A stretch of DNA of 64,000 nt from Candidatus Thiovulum imperiosus (GTDB taxonomy: Bacteria > Campylobacterota > Campylobacteria > Campylobacterales > Thiovulaceae). The notes below the pieces were generated by a model. The model searched no databases. It was not told where the DNA came from and saw only the letters and a list, made by a program, of their open reading frames with translations. Positions 7,836-17,498 of the stretch are shown piece after piece. Each line of letters opens with the position of its first letter. The first letter of the stretch is position 1. The stretch is taken from NCBI GenBank assembly GCA_024281175.1, contig JAMJTW010000014.1, positions 131,675 through 195,674 of the forward strand, given 5' to 3'. Made by a program: the position numbers and the translations under genes.

Positions 7836-10800
7836 TTATTTCAATTTGATAATTGTCTCTCCCTCTTCTTTTCCAAAGTTGATAATTTGGGGCTTCTGTT
7901 CATATTTGGTTACTCTCTGAACATAGTTTTTTACATAAAGAGCTAGGTCTGTAAAAGTTGCAAAGCCGTCACCATCTTCATCAGCCATTCTATCTTCCAA
8001 AGCATTTATTACACCTTGAGCAAAAGGAGAGTGGTTGTCACTACCATCAGAAACAGGTTCATCATCTCCAGCAGTTAGAACAAAACTCGATTTCTTGTTT
8101 AGAAGATTTTTATAATGTTCATTACCTCTTACTATTTTTCTCTCATTACCTCGAAGTTGTGTCGCTAATCCAGAAAAGCATGAGTCTAAAAGAAGAGCTA
8201 CATGGTTTTGAGGCATTTCACTTGCCGTATTTTGTAGCCTATCTATGGAGATAGCATTCGATTTTGCATAACTTGAGTAGGTTGGATTGCTTAAAGAGAC
8301 TGTACTATTATAAGGAAGAATATACCCATGTCTAGCACCTGTTTTCTCTATGGTAATACCTTGACCATGTCCAGCATAATAGAAAATAAAGCTGTTGCTT
8401 TCACTAGTATCAATATCTACTTCAGCTTTTTCCATCTCATCAAGAATTCTCTCTTCAGTAGCATCGCTACCCAAAAGAAGAGTTACATCATAGCCCAAAT
8501 CTCTGAAAAGTTTTGCAACTGCTCTTGCGTCATTTTCAGCATTTTCTAAAGGTTCAATAGCACGATTTCTATATCTATTAATTCCAACAACTATCGCTTT
8601 TTGTCTCTTATACCAATTTTGAATATCTGGAAGAACATCAGGAATTTCAGCAACTAGATTTAGAGGGTAATTAGTAGGGTTTCCAAATCTATCTCTTGCG
8701 TAAATTTCAACTAAATTGTTTCCATTTACAAGTTCTAATTCAAACTCGAAACTACCATCACCATAAAGAGGAATAGTTACACCATTAACTGTTGCTAAAG
8801 TAATTCTGCTCTCATCTCTAATTTCTCCTTGGAGAATACATTTGTTTGTAAAAAATCTTCTACCATCTGAAAAGACCTCATCACTATTTTGAGCCGTTAG
8901 TATTCTCTCTCTCTCTCTTTTGGAATAGCATCTTGCAGAAATTATAGGACCACTATCATCTGGATTTATAGAATTTCCACCTGTAAGATGTGCATAAAAT
9001 CTATGGTCAGTCTGTATTGCAACAGTTATAGCATTATGTCCTTGATGGTTCTCTATATACTTATCAGCACCAAGCTCTAAAATTTCTACTACTTTTTCAA
9101 AATCTCTAAGTCTGATGAGGTGGATAAGTAGCGTATCTCCATTTCTATCTTGAACATTTTGATTTCCACCGTTTCGAACAAAGTTGATAATTCCCTCAGC
9201 ATCTCCCAATCGCATATGGTGTTGAACCCTTATGAAATCTGCCATTTTAGAATTTCCAGCTACATCAAGAACTGTATTCTCATTTCTATCTTCAACATCA
9301 ATATCAGCACCATTTAAAATTAGAGCTTGAGCAACTTCTAAACTACCAAATTGAGAAGCTAAAAAGAGAGGTGTTCTTCTATCATCATCTCTCTTATCTA
9401 TCTCATCTTCTTTTTCCCATTTCTCTTTAATGCTCTCTTTTCCATATTTAAGAATGTAGTTCACAATGTTTCGATGCCCATCTTTAGAGGCGTAGTGTAG
9501 AGCGTTCCAACCCTCTTCATCAGGTTTTGCAACTTTACCACTCGCTTCAAACAGAGTTTTAAAAATATCTAAATTTCCAGTTTCAGCAGCATAATGCATT
9601 GGAATTTTATCTCCAACATCATCTTGCTCATTCACTTCAAAACTTCTAATTTGACCCTCTTCCAATCTCTCTTCAACTTCTAACAGTTTTCTAACAATAT
9701 TTCCATACTGTCTCAAAACAGCATGGTTTATAGCCATTCTATCGTTTGCATCTTTTTCTCTAATATCTGCACCATTATCAATTAGAAGTTCAGATACTTT
9801 TGGAAAACCGTTTCGAATTGCTAAAATTAGAGGAGTATTACTATTACTATCTTGTAAATTTAAATCTCTCTTTTCTCTATTTACAATTTTCTCTATAACA
9901 GACAAGTACCCTTTTTTAGAAGCTATATGAATTGGATAATCACCATTATCATTCTTCTCATCTATTTTTACTTCTAAGTCTAAAAGCAGATTTGCGGTTT
10001 CTCTATTTTGGTGAATTAGAGCTAAGTGAAGTGGACTATTCTCATTTTTATCTTCAATATTTTTATTAACACCTTTTCCAATGAGAAATTTCACAATACT
10101 GTCTTGTCCCTTTTTGGAAGCGATATGTAGTGGAGCTTCTCCTCTCTTATCTTTTGCATTTAAATTCTTCATAGCAGAAATGAGTTCTCTACCAATTTCA
10201 AACTGTTCATTGTTTAAAGCGATATGTAGTGCGGTCTCTTTCTCTCCATTTTCAGCATCTGGATTTGCACCTTTTGAAAGTAGTGCTTTTACAGTTCTAA
10301 AAGAGTTTTTCTCTGTTGCTAAGTGAATAGGGAAAGTATCATCTTTTGCTCTATTTAATTTTGCACCAGCATAAATAATCTTTTCAGCTAAGTCTTCTAA
10401 ATTATTTTCTATTGCATAATATAGAGGGAAGTTCTCTTCAAGATTTGCTCCATATTCTATAAGAATTTCCGCAATCTGTTTTTGACTATTTCCTTGTTGC
10501 AAAGTGTGAAATAGCGGTGTAATATCACTGTTTTTAACATCAGGATTTGCCTTTTTCTCTAAGAGCATTTTTACAATATCAGGTCTATCCTGTATTACTG
10601 CTACAAACAGTGGTGTTAAATCATCTTCATTTTGACTATTTAAATCTACTTTTGCATTTAAAAGAAGCTCTATAATTTCAACTCTCTCCTGCTTTACAGC
10701 AATGTGAAGAGGAGTATTTCCCTTATTATCTTTTGTATTTAAACCAATCTGTTCAGCAATTACAAAACCTATCTTCTCTATACTCATATCAGGGTGATTT

Positions 10801-10937
10801 AACATATAGTGAAGAAGATTATCTTTATGCTCTTTTTCAAGAGATACAAGTTCGCTTTTATAAGGTTCTGGGACATTTTGAAATTTTGAGCAACTTATAA
10901 AAAGTAGAGGTAGTAAGTATATGAAATATCTTTTCAT
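7836..10937 (-). CDS. Lipoprotein with about 20 ankyrin repeats, a beta-sandwich-like linker and a C-terminal caspase-like (peptidase C14) domain
   Basis: Start placed at MKRYFIYLLPLLFISCSKF (lipobox). The track ORF extends to 11072 across a repeat. Ankyrin consensus G.TPLH.A....IV..LL..GA recurs throughout. The C-terminus has KAIVVGINRY...FIFYYAGHGQG...ALLLDSCFSG (His/Cys dyad context). Confidence 0.85.
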   Translation of the reverse strand: MKRYFIYLLPLLFISCSKFQNVPEPYKSELVSLEKEHKDNLLHYMLNHPDMSIEKIGFVIAEQIGLNTKDNKGNTPLHIAVKQERVEIIELLLNAKVDLNSQNEDDLTPLFVAVIQDRPDIVKMLLEKKANPDVKNSDITPLFHTLQQGNSQKQIAEILIEYGANLEENFPLYYAIENNLEDLAEKIIYAGAKLNRAKDDTFPIHLATEKNSFRTVKALLSKGANPDAENGEKETALHIALNNEQFEIGRELISAMKNLNAKDKRGEAPLHIASKKGQDSIVKFLIGKGVNKNIEDKNENSPLHLALIHQNRETANLLLDLEVKIDEKNDNGDYPIHIASKKGYLSVIEKIVNREKRDLNLQDSNSNTPLILAIRNGFPKVSELLIDNGADIREKDANDRMAINHAVLRQYGNIVRKLLEVEERLEEGQIRSFEVNEQDDVGDKIPMHYAAETGNLDIFKTLFEASGKVAKPDEEGWNALHYASKDGHRNIVNYILKYGKESIKEKWEKEDEIDKRDDDRRTPLFLASQFGSLEVAQALILNGADIDVEDRNENTVLDVAGNSKMADFIRVQHHMRLGDAEGIINFVRNGGNQNVQDRNGDTLLIHLIRLRDFEKVVEILELGADKYIENHQGHNAITVAIQTDHRFYAHLTGGNSINPDDSGPIISARCYSKRERERILTAQNSDEVFSDGRRFFTNKCILQGEIRDESRITLATVNGVTIPLYGDGSFEFELELVNGNNLVEIYARDRFGNPTNYPLNLVAEIPDVLPDIQNWYKRQKAIVVGINRYRNRAIEPLENAENDARAVAKLFRDLGYDVTLLLGSDATEERILDEMEKAEVDIDTSESNSFIFYYAGHGQGITIEKTGARHGYILPYNSTVSLSNPTYSSYAKSNAISIDRLQNTASEMPQNHVALLLDSCFSGLATQLRGNERKIVRGNEHYKNLLNKKSSFVLTAGDDEPVSDGSDNHSPFAQGVINALEDRMADEDGDGFATFTDLALYVKNYVQRVTKYEQKPQIINFGKEEGETIIKLK

Positions 10938-11067
10938 AAAAAATCCTTTTTCTATAAAATCGTTTACTCTAATTTTAAAGTTAAGTTTTTTTATATTTTT
11001 AAGAAATTGGAACCAAAGTTTTAGGAAGTAACCAAATAAGGTATTTTTACACTTTTGCAACCTATAT

Positions 11068-11200
11068 GTCATTTCGAACCCTTTTGGGTGAGAAATCTTT
11101 TACATCACTTCGAATAAAACGATAAGTTTCCAAGATTTCTCAATCACTACGCTCATATCGAAATGACAAGTGAGATAGAAGTCTATTTAGTCACTCCCGA
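11068..11200. repeat. Type A palindromic repeat plus flank module, inverted relative to the 7596-7714 copy
   Basis: The reverse complement aligns along its whole length with 7596-7714 (CGGGAGTGACTAAATAGACTTCT...TTGTCATTTCGATATGAGCG...GAGAAATCTT...AAGATTTCTCACCCAAAAGGGTTCGAAATGAC). Confidence 0.9.
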
Positions 11201-11222
11201 ATTTTGGTTCCAAATGTGTAGT

Positions 11223-11966
11223 TTACATACTTAAACCACCATTTACTTTCAAGACTTCACCTGTAATATATCCAGCTCCATCAGAGAGAAGAAATGCCGT
11301 TGCTTCAGCAACCTCTTTTCCAGAACCAAATCTTTTTAAAGGTATATTTGAGATATAAGCCTCTTTAATTTCCTCTTTCAACTTTCCAGTCATATCTGTT
11401 TCAATAAATCCTGGAGTTATAGAGTTGAAGCGAATTCCTCGTGCTGCTCCCTCCTGTGCAAAACTCTTTGTCATTGCAATCATTCCACCTTTTGAAGCAG
11501 AATAGTTTGTTTGCCCAGCATTTCCAGTTTCACCAACAATAGAAGCTATGTTTACAACAGAACCAAATCTCTTCTTATTCATAACTTTTAACGCTTCTCG
11601 AGAGCCGTAAAAAGATGAGTTCAAATTTGCTTGAATCACAGAATCAAAATCTGAACCTTTCATTCGAATTGCTAATTTATCATTTGTGATTCCAGCATTG
11701 TTTACAAGATAAGAGAGTTCACCATCAGATTCAACAATCGCTTTTATTCCAGCTATAAACTCATCTTCATTTGAAGCGTCAAAACCAATGACGGCGGACT
11801 GAAGTCCTTTTTCAGAAAGTTCTGCATGTAATTTGTCAGCTTCTTCATGAGAGCTTCGATAGTTTATCCAAACTTTAAGACCATATTCTGCTAAAACTCT
11901 GGCGATTTCAGAACCAATACCTCTACTGCTACCTGTAACTAAAACATTTTTTCCACTAAATTTCAA
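11223..11966 (-). CDS. fabG: 3-oxoacyl-[acyl-carrier-protein] reductase
   Basis: 247 aa SDR. TGSSRGIG cofactor motif, NAG, Y-x3-K (YSASKGG). Confidence 0.9.
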   Translation of the reverse strand: MKFSGKNVLVTGSSRGIGSEIARVLAEYGLKVWINYRSSHEEADKLHAELSEKGLQSAVIGFDASNEDEFIAGIKAIVESDGELSYLVNNAGITNDKLAIRMKGSDFDSVIQANLNSSFYGSREALKVMNKKRFGSVVNIASIVGETGNAGQTNYSASKGGMIAMTKSFAQEGAARGIRFNSITPGFIETDMTGKLKEEIKEAYISNIPLKRFGSGKEVAEATAFLLSDGAGYITGEVLKVNGGLSM

Positions 11967-11974
11967 ATTTTCTC

Positions 11975-12307
11975 CTAACCTAAGGCTTCTATTTTATTTT
12001 TGAGAGATTCGACCTCATCTTCTAATCTCTTTTTCTCAAATTTAAGAGTAGAGTGAGATTGACGAACACCCTTTAAATCACTTTTGATACTTAACATTTC
12101 TGAAGTAACTATATCAACATTACCAATTGACCGTTGAAGTTGAACTTGATATTTTCGAATTAGAGCTTCAGCTTCTCTCAAGGTAATTCTCATCGTTTTT
12201 GTACCGTCTTGCTCTCTCTCAACAAGGTTTTTATAGAAAAGAACTTGAAGATATAAAAATATTGCAACTATTGAAACAATAGTTAAAAGCGACCATTCAA
12301 GAAACAT
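11975..12307 (-). CDS. Membrane-anchored coiled-coil protein, function unknown
   Basis: N-terminal hydrophobic helix followed by heptad-like charged sequence. Tightly packed between rpiB and fabG. Confidence 0.5.
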   Translation of the reverse strand: MFLEWSLLTIVSIVAIFLYLQVLFYKNLVEREQDGTKTMRITLREAEALIRKYQVQLQRSIGNVDIVTSEMLSIKSDLKGVRQSHSTLKFEKKRLEDEVESLKNKIEALG

Positions 12308-12781
12308 CTATCTATCCAATATATCGATTTTTTTAACTCTATCAAGATGTCTTCCACCTTGAAAAGATGAGTTATCCCATGAATTTACAATTGACTCTAT
12401 TGTTCCAAAACCTGTTGTTCTAGCACCAAAACAGAGAATGTTTGAGTTATTATGTTCTCTTGCCATTTGAGAAGTGTAAGCATCATGACACAAAGAAGCT
12501 CTAACACCCCGAATTTTATTTGCAGTAATACTCATTCCAATTCCAGTTCCACAGATAAGAATTCCAAATACTTTGCTCTCTCTCCAATCTTTCTCAATAG
12601 AGATATCTCCACCCTCTTCAACTACTTTTCGAGATAACTTCTCTGCAAAATCTGGATAATCTACTCTATCAGAAGTGTAAGGTCCCAAATCTTCAACTTC
12701 ATACCCTTTTGCCTTAAGCAACTCTTTTGTATAATTTTTTACATCAACTCCTGCATGGTCTGTTGCAATAATATATTTCAC
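12308..12781 (-). CDS. rpiB: Ribose-5-phosphate isomerase B (RpiB/LacA/LacB family)
   Basis: MKYIIATDHAGVDVK..., ICGTGIGMSITANK, NNSNILCFGAR. Confidence 0.85.
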   Translation of the reverse strand: MKYIIATDHAGVDVKNYTKELLKAKGYEVEDLGPYTSDRVDYPDFAEKLSRKVVEEGGDISIEKDWRESKVFGILICGTGIGMSITANKIRGVRASLCHDAYTSQMAREHNNSNILCFGARTTGFGTIESIVNSWDNSSFQGGRHLDRVKKIDILDR

Positions 12782-12881
12782 ATCTCTTCCTTAACCCTTT
12801 TCTGTAATTTTATCTTAAAATAGCTATTCAATTTTATCTACATTTCCCGATCCTTAAAATAAATATTTTTAAAGGAAAAGT

Positions 12882-15431
12882 ATGAGAGTTTTACTTATCT
12901 TTTCAATTCCCTTTATTCTTTCAGCTTACTCAACTGTAAAGTTGCAGAAAGGGTGGAACTTAGTTGGCTTCTCAGAAGAGAGAAGTGTAGAGAAACTCAA
13001 AACAGAGTATCCGCAATTTGGAAATATCTATCTCTGGAAAAGTGGAGATTGGGTAAAAAATAGTGGAACCATCTCTCCGACTGATGGAGTCTGGATATAT
13101 AGTGAAATCGATACAGATATCTACTCTATTGGAAATGAAGTCTACTCTGAAAATATCTCAAATATAGATTTAGAAAAGGGGTGGAACTTACTCTCTTTAC
13201 CAATTCAGAGTGCTGTTTCTCCAGACATTTTCAAAGATGAGGCTTCTGTTTGGAAATATAGTGGTGGAGAGTGGTCTTTCTACCAAAAAGATGGTAGCAA
13301 AAGTGATGTCTATCCAGATTTAAACCTCATCGGAAATGGTGAAGGATTTTGGGTTCTCTCTGATAGTAATAAGAGTATAGATATCTCTGCTGAAGGTTCA
13401 AAACTTAGAAACTTTGAGACAAATGCATCTATGATGGATTTCTTAACTTCTATGGTTCGATACAACGGAAATACCAGAAGTGATGATTACTACTATTGGG
13501 CATACGCCACAGATGATAACATGGCAGTTCCTGAAGCTGATGAAAGTGTAGATGTTGGCACAGTAGATGTTGGCACTGCTGATAGTAGCACAAAAGTTTC
13601 TGATACAACTTCAACAAATACTCAAGAAGTTGATGTTGATGAAGCTGATATTGTAAAACATGATGGAGAGAATATCTTCTATCTTTCAGGTGATTGGAGT
13701 GAAACAGAGATTTTTATCACCTCTTTTGATGAGGTTTTAAAAGGAAACAGTGAACCTATCACTACAATTGAAACTACAAAAAGACCAGAAGAGCTATATC
13801 TAATTGGAGATAAACTCATCGTAATCTACCCTTATAACAACTCATTTTGGAGTTCTTGGTGTTATGTTGATTACGACCTCTGGAGCAATAAAAGTTTGGT
13901 AGAAGTTTATGATGTTTCTGATATTTCAAACATCTCAAAAGTTGAGAGTTTTGAATTTGATGGAAATATTGTGGATACTCGAGTTACAGGTGGAAAACTT
14001 TTTGTAATCTCAAGATATATGCCTTATATAAAAATCTCTTATGAGAAAACTTATATAAGTTGTGATGAATACTGCTACTATCCAGAAGATGAAAATGGAT
14101 ATTTCAAAACAGATTACAATAACTATACAGAAATTAGTTCTCACTTTATTCCAACTCTAAATGGAAAACCTCTCTTTTCTCATGAAACTCTTTACGCACC
14201 TCGAAAAGTAGACCAAACCCCATTTATAACTTCTATCACCTCTTTTGATATTTCAGACTTTTCTAAAATAGATAGTGTTTCAGCAATTGGAAATAGTGAA
14301 ACAATTTACGCTTCAACTGAAGCTATCTATATAGTTTCTCAAGACTATCCAAAATATTGGAACTGGAGAGATTATGATGAGAGAGTTGCTATCTACAAAT
14401 TTGATATTTCTGATACTCTCTCCTACTCTGGTAGAGCTTTTGTTGATGGAAGAATTTTAAATCAGTTTTCATTATCTGAGTATAAAGATACACTTCGAGT
14501 AGCAACTACTCAAGGCTGGAGATGGTGGGGTGACTCTCGAAAAGATGGTACAGATAATATTGTTACAGCACTTCAAGAGAAGAGTGGAACTCTGGAAGTT
14601 GTTGGGGAAGTTCGAGGTCTTGGAAATCCAAATGAGGAGATAAAAGGAGTTCGATTTTTTGGAGATAGAGGATATATAGTTACATTCTTAAATACTGACC
14701 CGCTTTATGTTGTCGATTTCTCAAATCCAGCTGAACCAGTCTTAGGAGAAAATCCACTAAAAATTGATGGATACTCAACCTACTTTCACTCTGTTTCAGA
14801 CTCACTAATTCTCTCACTTGGGGTAAACGCAAACTCAGATGGTAGAGAGACTGGATATCAAATTCAACTTTTCAATATCTTAGATTTAGACAATCCGGCA
14901 CTAATAGATAAGATGCTAATTCCAGCAACTCAAGATACAGATACTCGGTGGAGATATTATAGTGAGGCGATACACAATCATAAATCATTTGTGTATAGAA
15001 ATTCTGATAATCTTTTCGGTTTAGGTCTTAGAGAAACAGTTGATTGGAGTATGGATACAGAAGAGAAGAAAAAATATATTGCTGAAAACTACATTCCTAT
15101 TTCTGAAGCAAATCTTTCTGATGAGGTTCTTAAAGAGTATGAATTAGAAATTGAGTTGGGAACTCCACTATATATTCACAAAAGTTATCTTGGAAGTTTA
15201 TACCCTTATGTGGTCTCTACTCAAGATATCTACTTTCCAAGCTATTTCTATAAAAATGATTTGAAAATTTACCAAGTAGTAGATAATGAGATAGTTTTCA
15301 AAAATGATATTTCTGGTGGAGAGAATAGTGATTACGGTTACCAAAGAGGGATAATTTTCACTTATGATAATAGGAATTATGCTATCTATTTCTTAGGTGG
15401 TGAATTCTATTTAGGTGAGATAAACAACTAA
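12882..15431 (+). CDS. Secreted beta-propeller domain protein
   Basis: Signal peptide. N-terminal KGWNL..W repeats. VDVDEADIVKHDGENIFYLSG and later blades match the bacterial/archaeal Beta-propeller family pattern (VDEADIVKTDG..IY). Confidence 0.65.
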   Translation: MRVLLIFSIPFILSAYSTVKLQKGWNLVGFSEERSVEKLKTEYPQFGNIYLWKSGDWVKNSGTISPTDGVWIYSEIDTDIYSIGNEVYSENISNIDLEKGWNLLSLPIQSAVSPDIFKDEASVWKYSGGEWSFYQKDGSKSDVYPDLNLIGNGEGFWVLSDSNKSIDISAEGSKLRNFETNASMMDFLTSMVRYNGNTRSDDYYYWAYATDDNMAVPEADESVDVGTVDVGTADSSTKVSDTTSTNTQEVDVDEADIVKHDGENIFYLSGDWSETEIFITSFDEVLKGNSEPITTIETTKRPEELYLIGDKLIVIYPYNNSFWSSWCYVDYDLWSNKSLVEVYDVSDISNISKVESFEFDGNIVDTRVTGGKLFVISRYMPYIKISYEKTYISCDEYCYYPEDENGYFKTDYNNYTEISSHFIPTLNGKPLFSHETLYAPRKVDQTPFITSITSFDISDFSKIDSVSAIGNSETIYASTEAIYIVSQDYPKYWNWRDYDERVAIYKFDISDTLSYSGRAFVDGRILNQFSLSEYKDTLRVATTQGWRWWGDSRKDGTDNIVTALQEKSGTLEVVGEVRGLGNPNEEIKGVRFFGDRGYIVTFLNTDPLYVVDFSNPAEPVLGENPLKIDGYSTYFHSVSDSLILSLGVNANSDGRETGYQIQLFNILDLDNPALIDKMLIPATQDTDTRWRYYSEAIHNHKSFVYRNSDNLFGLGLRETVDWSMDTEEKKKYIAENYIPISEANLSDEVLKEYELEIELGTPLYIHKSYLGSLYPYVVSTQDIYFPSYFYKNDLKIYQVVDNEIVFKNDISGGENSDYGYQRGIIFTYDNRNYAIYFLGGEFYLGEINN

Positions 15432-15462
15432 AAGTCTTTGGAAAAGTATTTTTACACCTTAT

Positions 15463-15620
15463 GTCATTTCGAACCCTTTCGGGTGAGAAATCTTGGGAAC
15501 TTATCATTTTCAAAGATTTCCCAATCACTTCGTTCATATCGAAATGACAAGAGAGGCATAAGCCTATTTCGTCATTCCCAAAAGTTTTTTGGAAGAGTCT
15601 TTTTAGACTCTTCAGCTAAA
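15463..15620. repeat. Type A palindromic repeat (15463-15548) plus AAATAGGCTT/GTCATTCCC flank and GAAGAGTC hairpin module (15597-15618)
   Basis: GTCATTTCGAACCCTTTCGGGTGAGAAATCTTGGGAACTTATCATTTTCAAAGATTTCCCAATCACTTCGTTCATATCGAAATGAC, followed by ...GGCATAAGCCTATTTCGTCATTCCC...GAAGAGTCTTTTTAGACTCTTC. Confidence 0.85.
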
Positions 15621-17142
15621 CACTTTTAGCAATAGCTTTAGCACGACTCTCCCGAATAACATTTACAACAATATCACCTGGAAACTTCTCTAATTTCTCT
15701 TCTATCTCTCTTGCCACCTTTCTTGAAAGGGCATAAGAGTCTTGGTCACTAATTTCAGCAGAGTTCACAATTACTCGCAATTCTCTGCCTGAATTTACAG
15801 CATAAGCGTTTGAAACACCACCATAAGATAATGCAATATCTTCTATTCTTTTAACTCTTTTGAGAGAGTTTTCAAGAACTTCTCTTCTTGCTCCAGGTCT
15901 ACCAGCAGAGAGTTTATCAGCTGTACAAACAGCTGCAACTTCTATTGTTTTTGCCTCTTCGTATTCATGGTGAGCATAAATTGCATTTATAACAACTTCA
16001 CTTTCGCCATATTTTTTACAAACCTCTACTCCAAGTTCAACATGATTTCCACCGTTGTCATGAGTGAGAGCTTTTCCAATATCGTGAAGAAGTCCAGCCC
16101 GTCTTGCAAGAGTCTCATCACCACCAAGTTCAGCAGTAATTGTTCCAGCAAAATAGGCAACTTCTATGGAGTGAGCAAGAGCATTCTGTCCATAACTTGC
16201 TCTATATTGAAGTTTTCCAATCAGTTTTACAAGTTCAGAGTGAACACTACCAATACCAAGTTCAGAAACGATACTTTCACCCTCTTTCATTGTCTCTAAA
16301 TCAAATTCTCGAACAACTTTCTCATAAATCTCTTCAATTCGAGCTGGTTGAATTCTTCCATCTTCAATAAGCTGTTCAAGAGTTTTAACAGCAACTGCTC
16401 GACGATATAAGTTGAAACTTGATAGTGTAATGGTTCGAGGAGTGCCATCAACTATAATATCAACGCCAAGTATCGCTTCAAGTCTTTTTATATTTCGTCC
16501 CTCTTTCCCAATAATACGACCTTTTATATCATCACTATTTAGTTTTACAGTATTTATAAGTCTTTCAGCAGCATAATCTCCAGCAAAACGAGTTGTTGCT
16601 TGAGCCAAAAGGTAGTTTGCCCTTCTCTCTGCATCCTCTTTTGCTTTTCTCTCATAGTTTCGAATTGTGTTTGCAATAAGTGCTTCTTCCTGCTCTTCAA
16701 TTCTTCTCATAAGAGTATCCTTTGCTTCATCTTTACTCATTTTTGCTGTTTTCTCAATTAAGCGATAAAGCTCTTTTAACTTATTTTCATACTCTTGTTT
16801 AAGTTTACCAACAGCACCTCGCTCTTTTCCAAGCTCTTTCTCATCTCTTTTTAAAGATTTTATTTTCTCTTTAGCTTCATTTTTCAAGTCAAATAGCTTC
16901 TTGTCGAATTCGTGCTTATGTTGAAGCTCATACTCTTTAGCTTTGATTTTTGCCTCTTTAAAAAGATATTCAGCTTCTCTCTCAATGCTTTTAGCTTTAG
17001 TTTTTGCTTGTTTAATAAAAATATTACTATTTGATTTTGCTACTCTTTGACCTATCAAAAAACTTATGTAAGAGAGAAATGAAAGAGTTGCGATAGAAAT
17101 AACTATTATCTCATTCATTGAAACTATTTCTAATATCTGCAT
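15616..17142 (-). CDS. rny: Ribonuclease Y (possible start at 17118, MNEIIV...)
   Basis: N-terminal TM helix, long coiled coil, KH domain (GRIIGKEGRNIKRLE), HD domain (LLHDIGKA). Confidence 0.9.
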   Translation of the reverse strand: MQILEIVSMNEIIVISIATLSFLSYISFLIGQRVAKSNSNIFIKQAKTKAKSIEREAEYLFKEAKIKAKEYELQHKHEFDKKLFDLKNEAKEKIKSLKRDEKELGKERGAVGKLKQEYENKLKELYRLIEKTAKMSKDEAKDTLMRRIEEQEEALIANTIRNYERKAKEDAERRANYLLAQATTRFAGDYAAERLINTVKLNSDDIKGRIIGKEGRNIKRLEAILGVDIIVDGTPRTITLSSFNLYRRAVAVKTLEQLIEDGRIQPARIEEIYEKVVREFDLETMKEGESIVSELGIGSVHSELVKLIGKLQYRASYGQNALAHSIEVAYFAGTITAELGGDETLARRAGLLHDIGKALTHDNGGNHVELGVEVCKKYGESEVVINAIYAHHEYEEAKTIEVAAVCTADKLSAGRPGARREVLENSLKRVKRIEDIALSYGGVSNAYAVNSGRELRVIVNSAEISDQDSYALSRKVAREIEEKLEKFPGDIVVNVIRESRAKAIAKSV

Positions 17143-17322
17143 AAAATTTAAATCCTCGATTTTTTAGAGAGCTTGATAAGTTGAAGTAGCTCCCTATAAA
17201 TTTGGAGAAATAAGGTGTAAATAATTTTTTCGCAAACTCCTATAAATCCATTTTATAGGAACTACGGATAATCAACTCTCTATATCTTTCACACTTTTCG
17301 GTGTAGCCAACATTTTACCAAA

Positions 17323-17336
17323 AATGATTAATCATT
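17323..17336. promoter_or_regulatory. Perfect 14-bp palindrome AATGATTAATCATT, Fur-box-like
   Basis: Resembles the core of the classical Fur box (AATGATAATCATT) with one extra central base. It lies 17 nt upstream of a TATAAA(AT) -10-like hexamer at 17354. Confidence 0.25.
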
Positions 17337-17445
17337 CTCATTTTTCGGCATTCTATAAAATGGTATGTAAATTCTAGAAGAAAGACTTTAAAAGAGTAGA
17401 TGGTTTGAGTGTGGAATAAGAAATCTTTTCAAGTTTTAGCAAATG

Positions 17446-17483
17446 CAAAGAGTCTTTTTCTTATGACTCTTTGTTCGTTTTTT
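17446..17483 (+). terminator. Hairpin plus T-tract with plus-strand polarity
   Basis: CAAAGAGTC-10 nt loop-GACTCTTTG followed by TTCGTTTTTT. On the minus strand the hairpin is not followed by a U-tract. Confidence 0.35.
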
Positions 17484-17498
17484 AAGAGAGGATGGTAA

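Noticed and set aside
10938-11072. The 45-codon N-terminal extension of the ankyrin-caspase ORF
   Set aside because: The extension is translated repeat and flank sequence. The internal Met gives a canonical lipoprotein signal (MKRYFIYLLPLLFISC).
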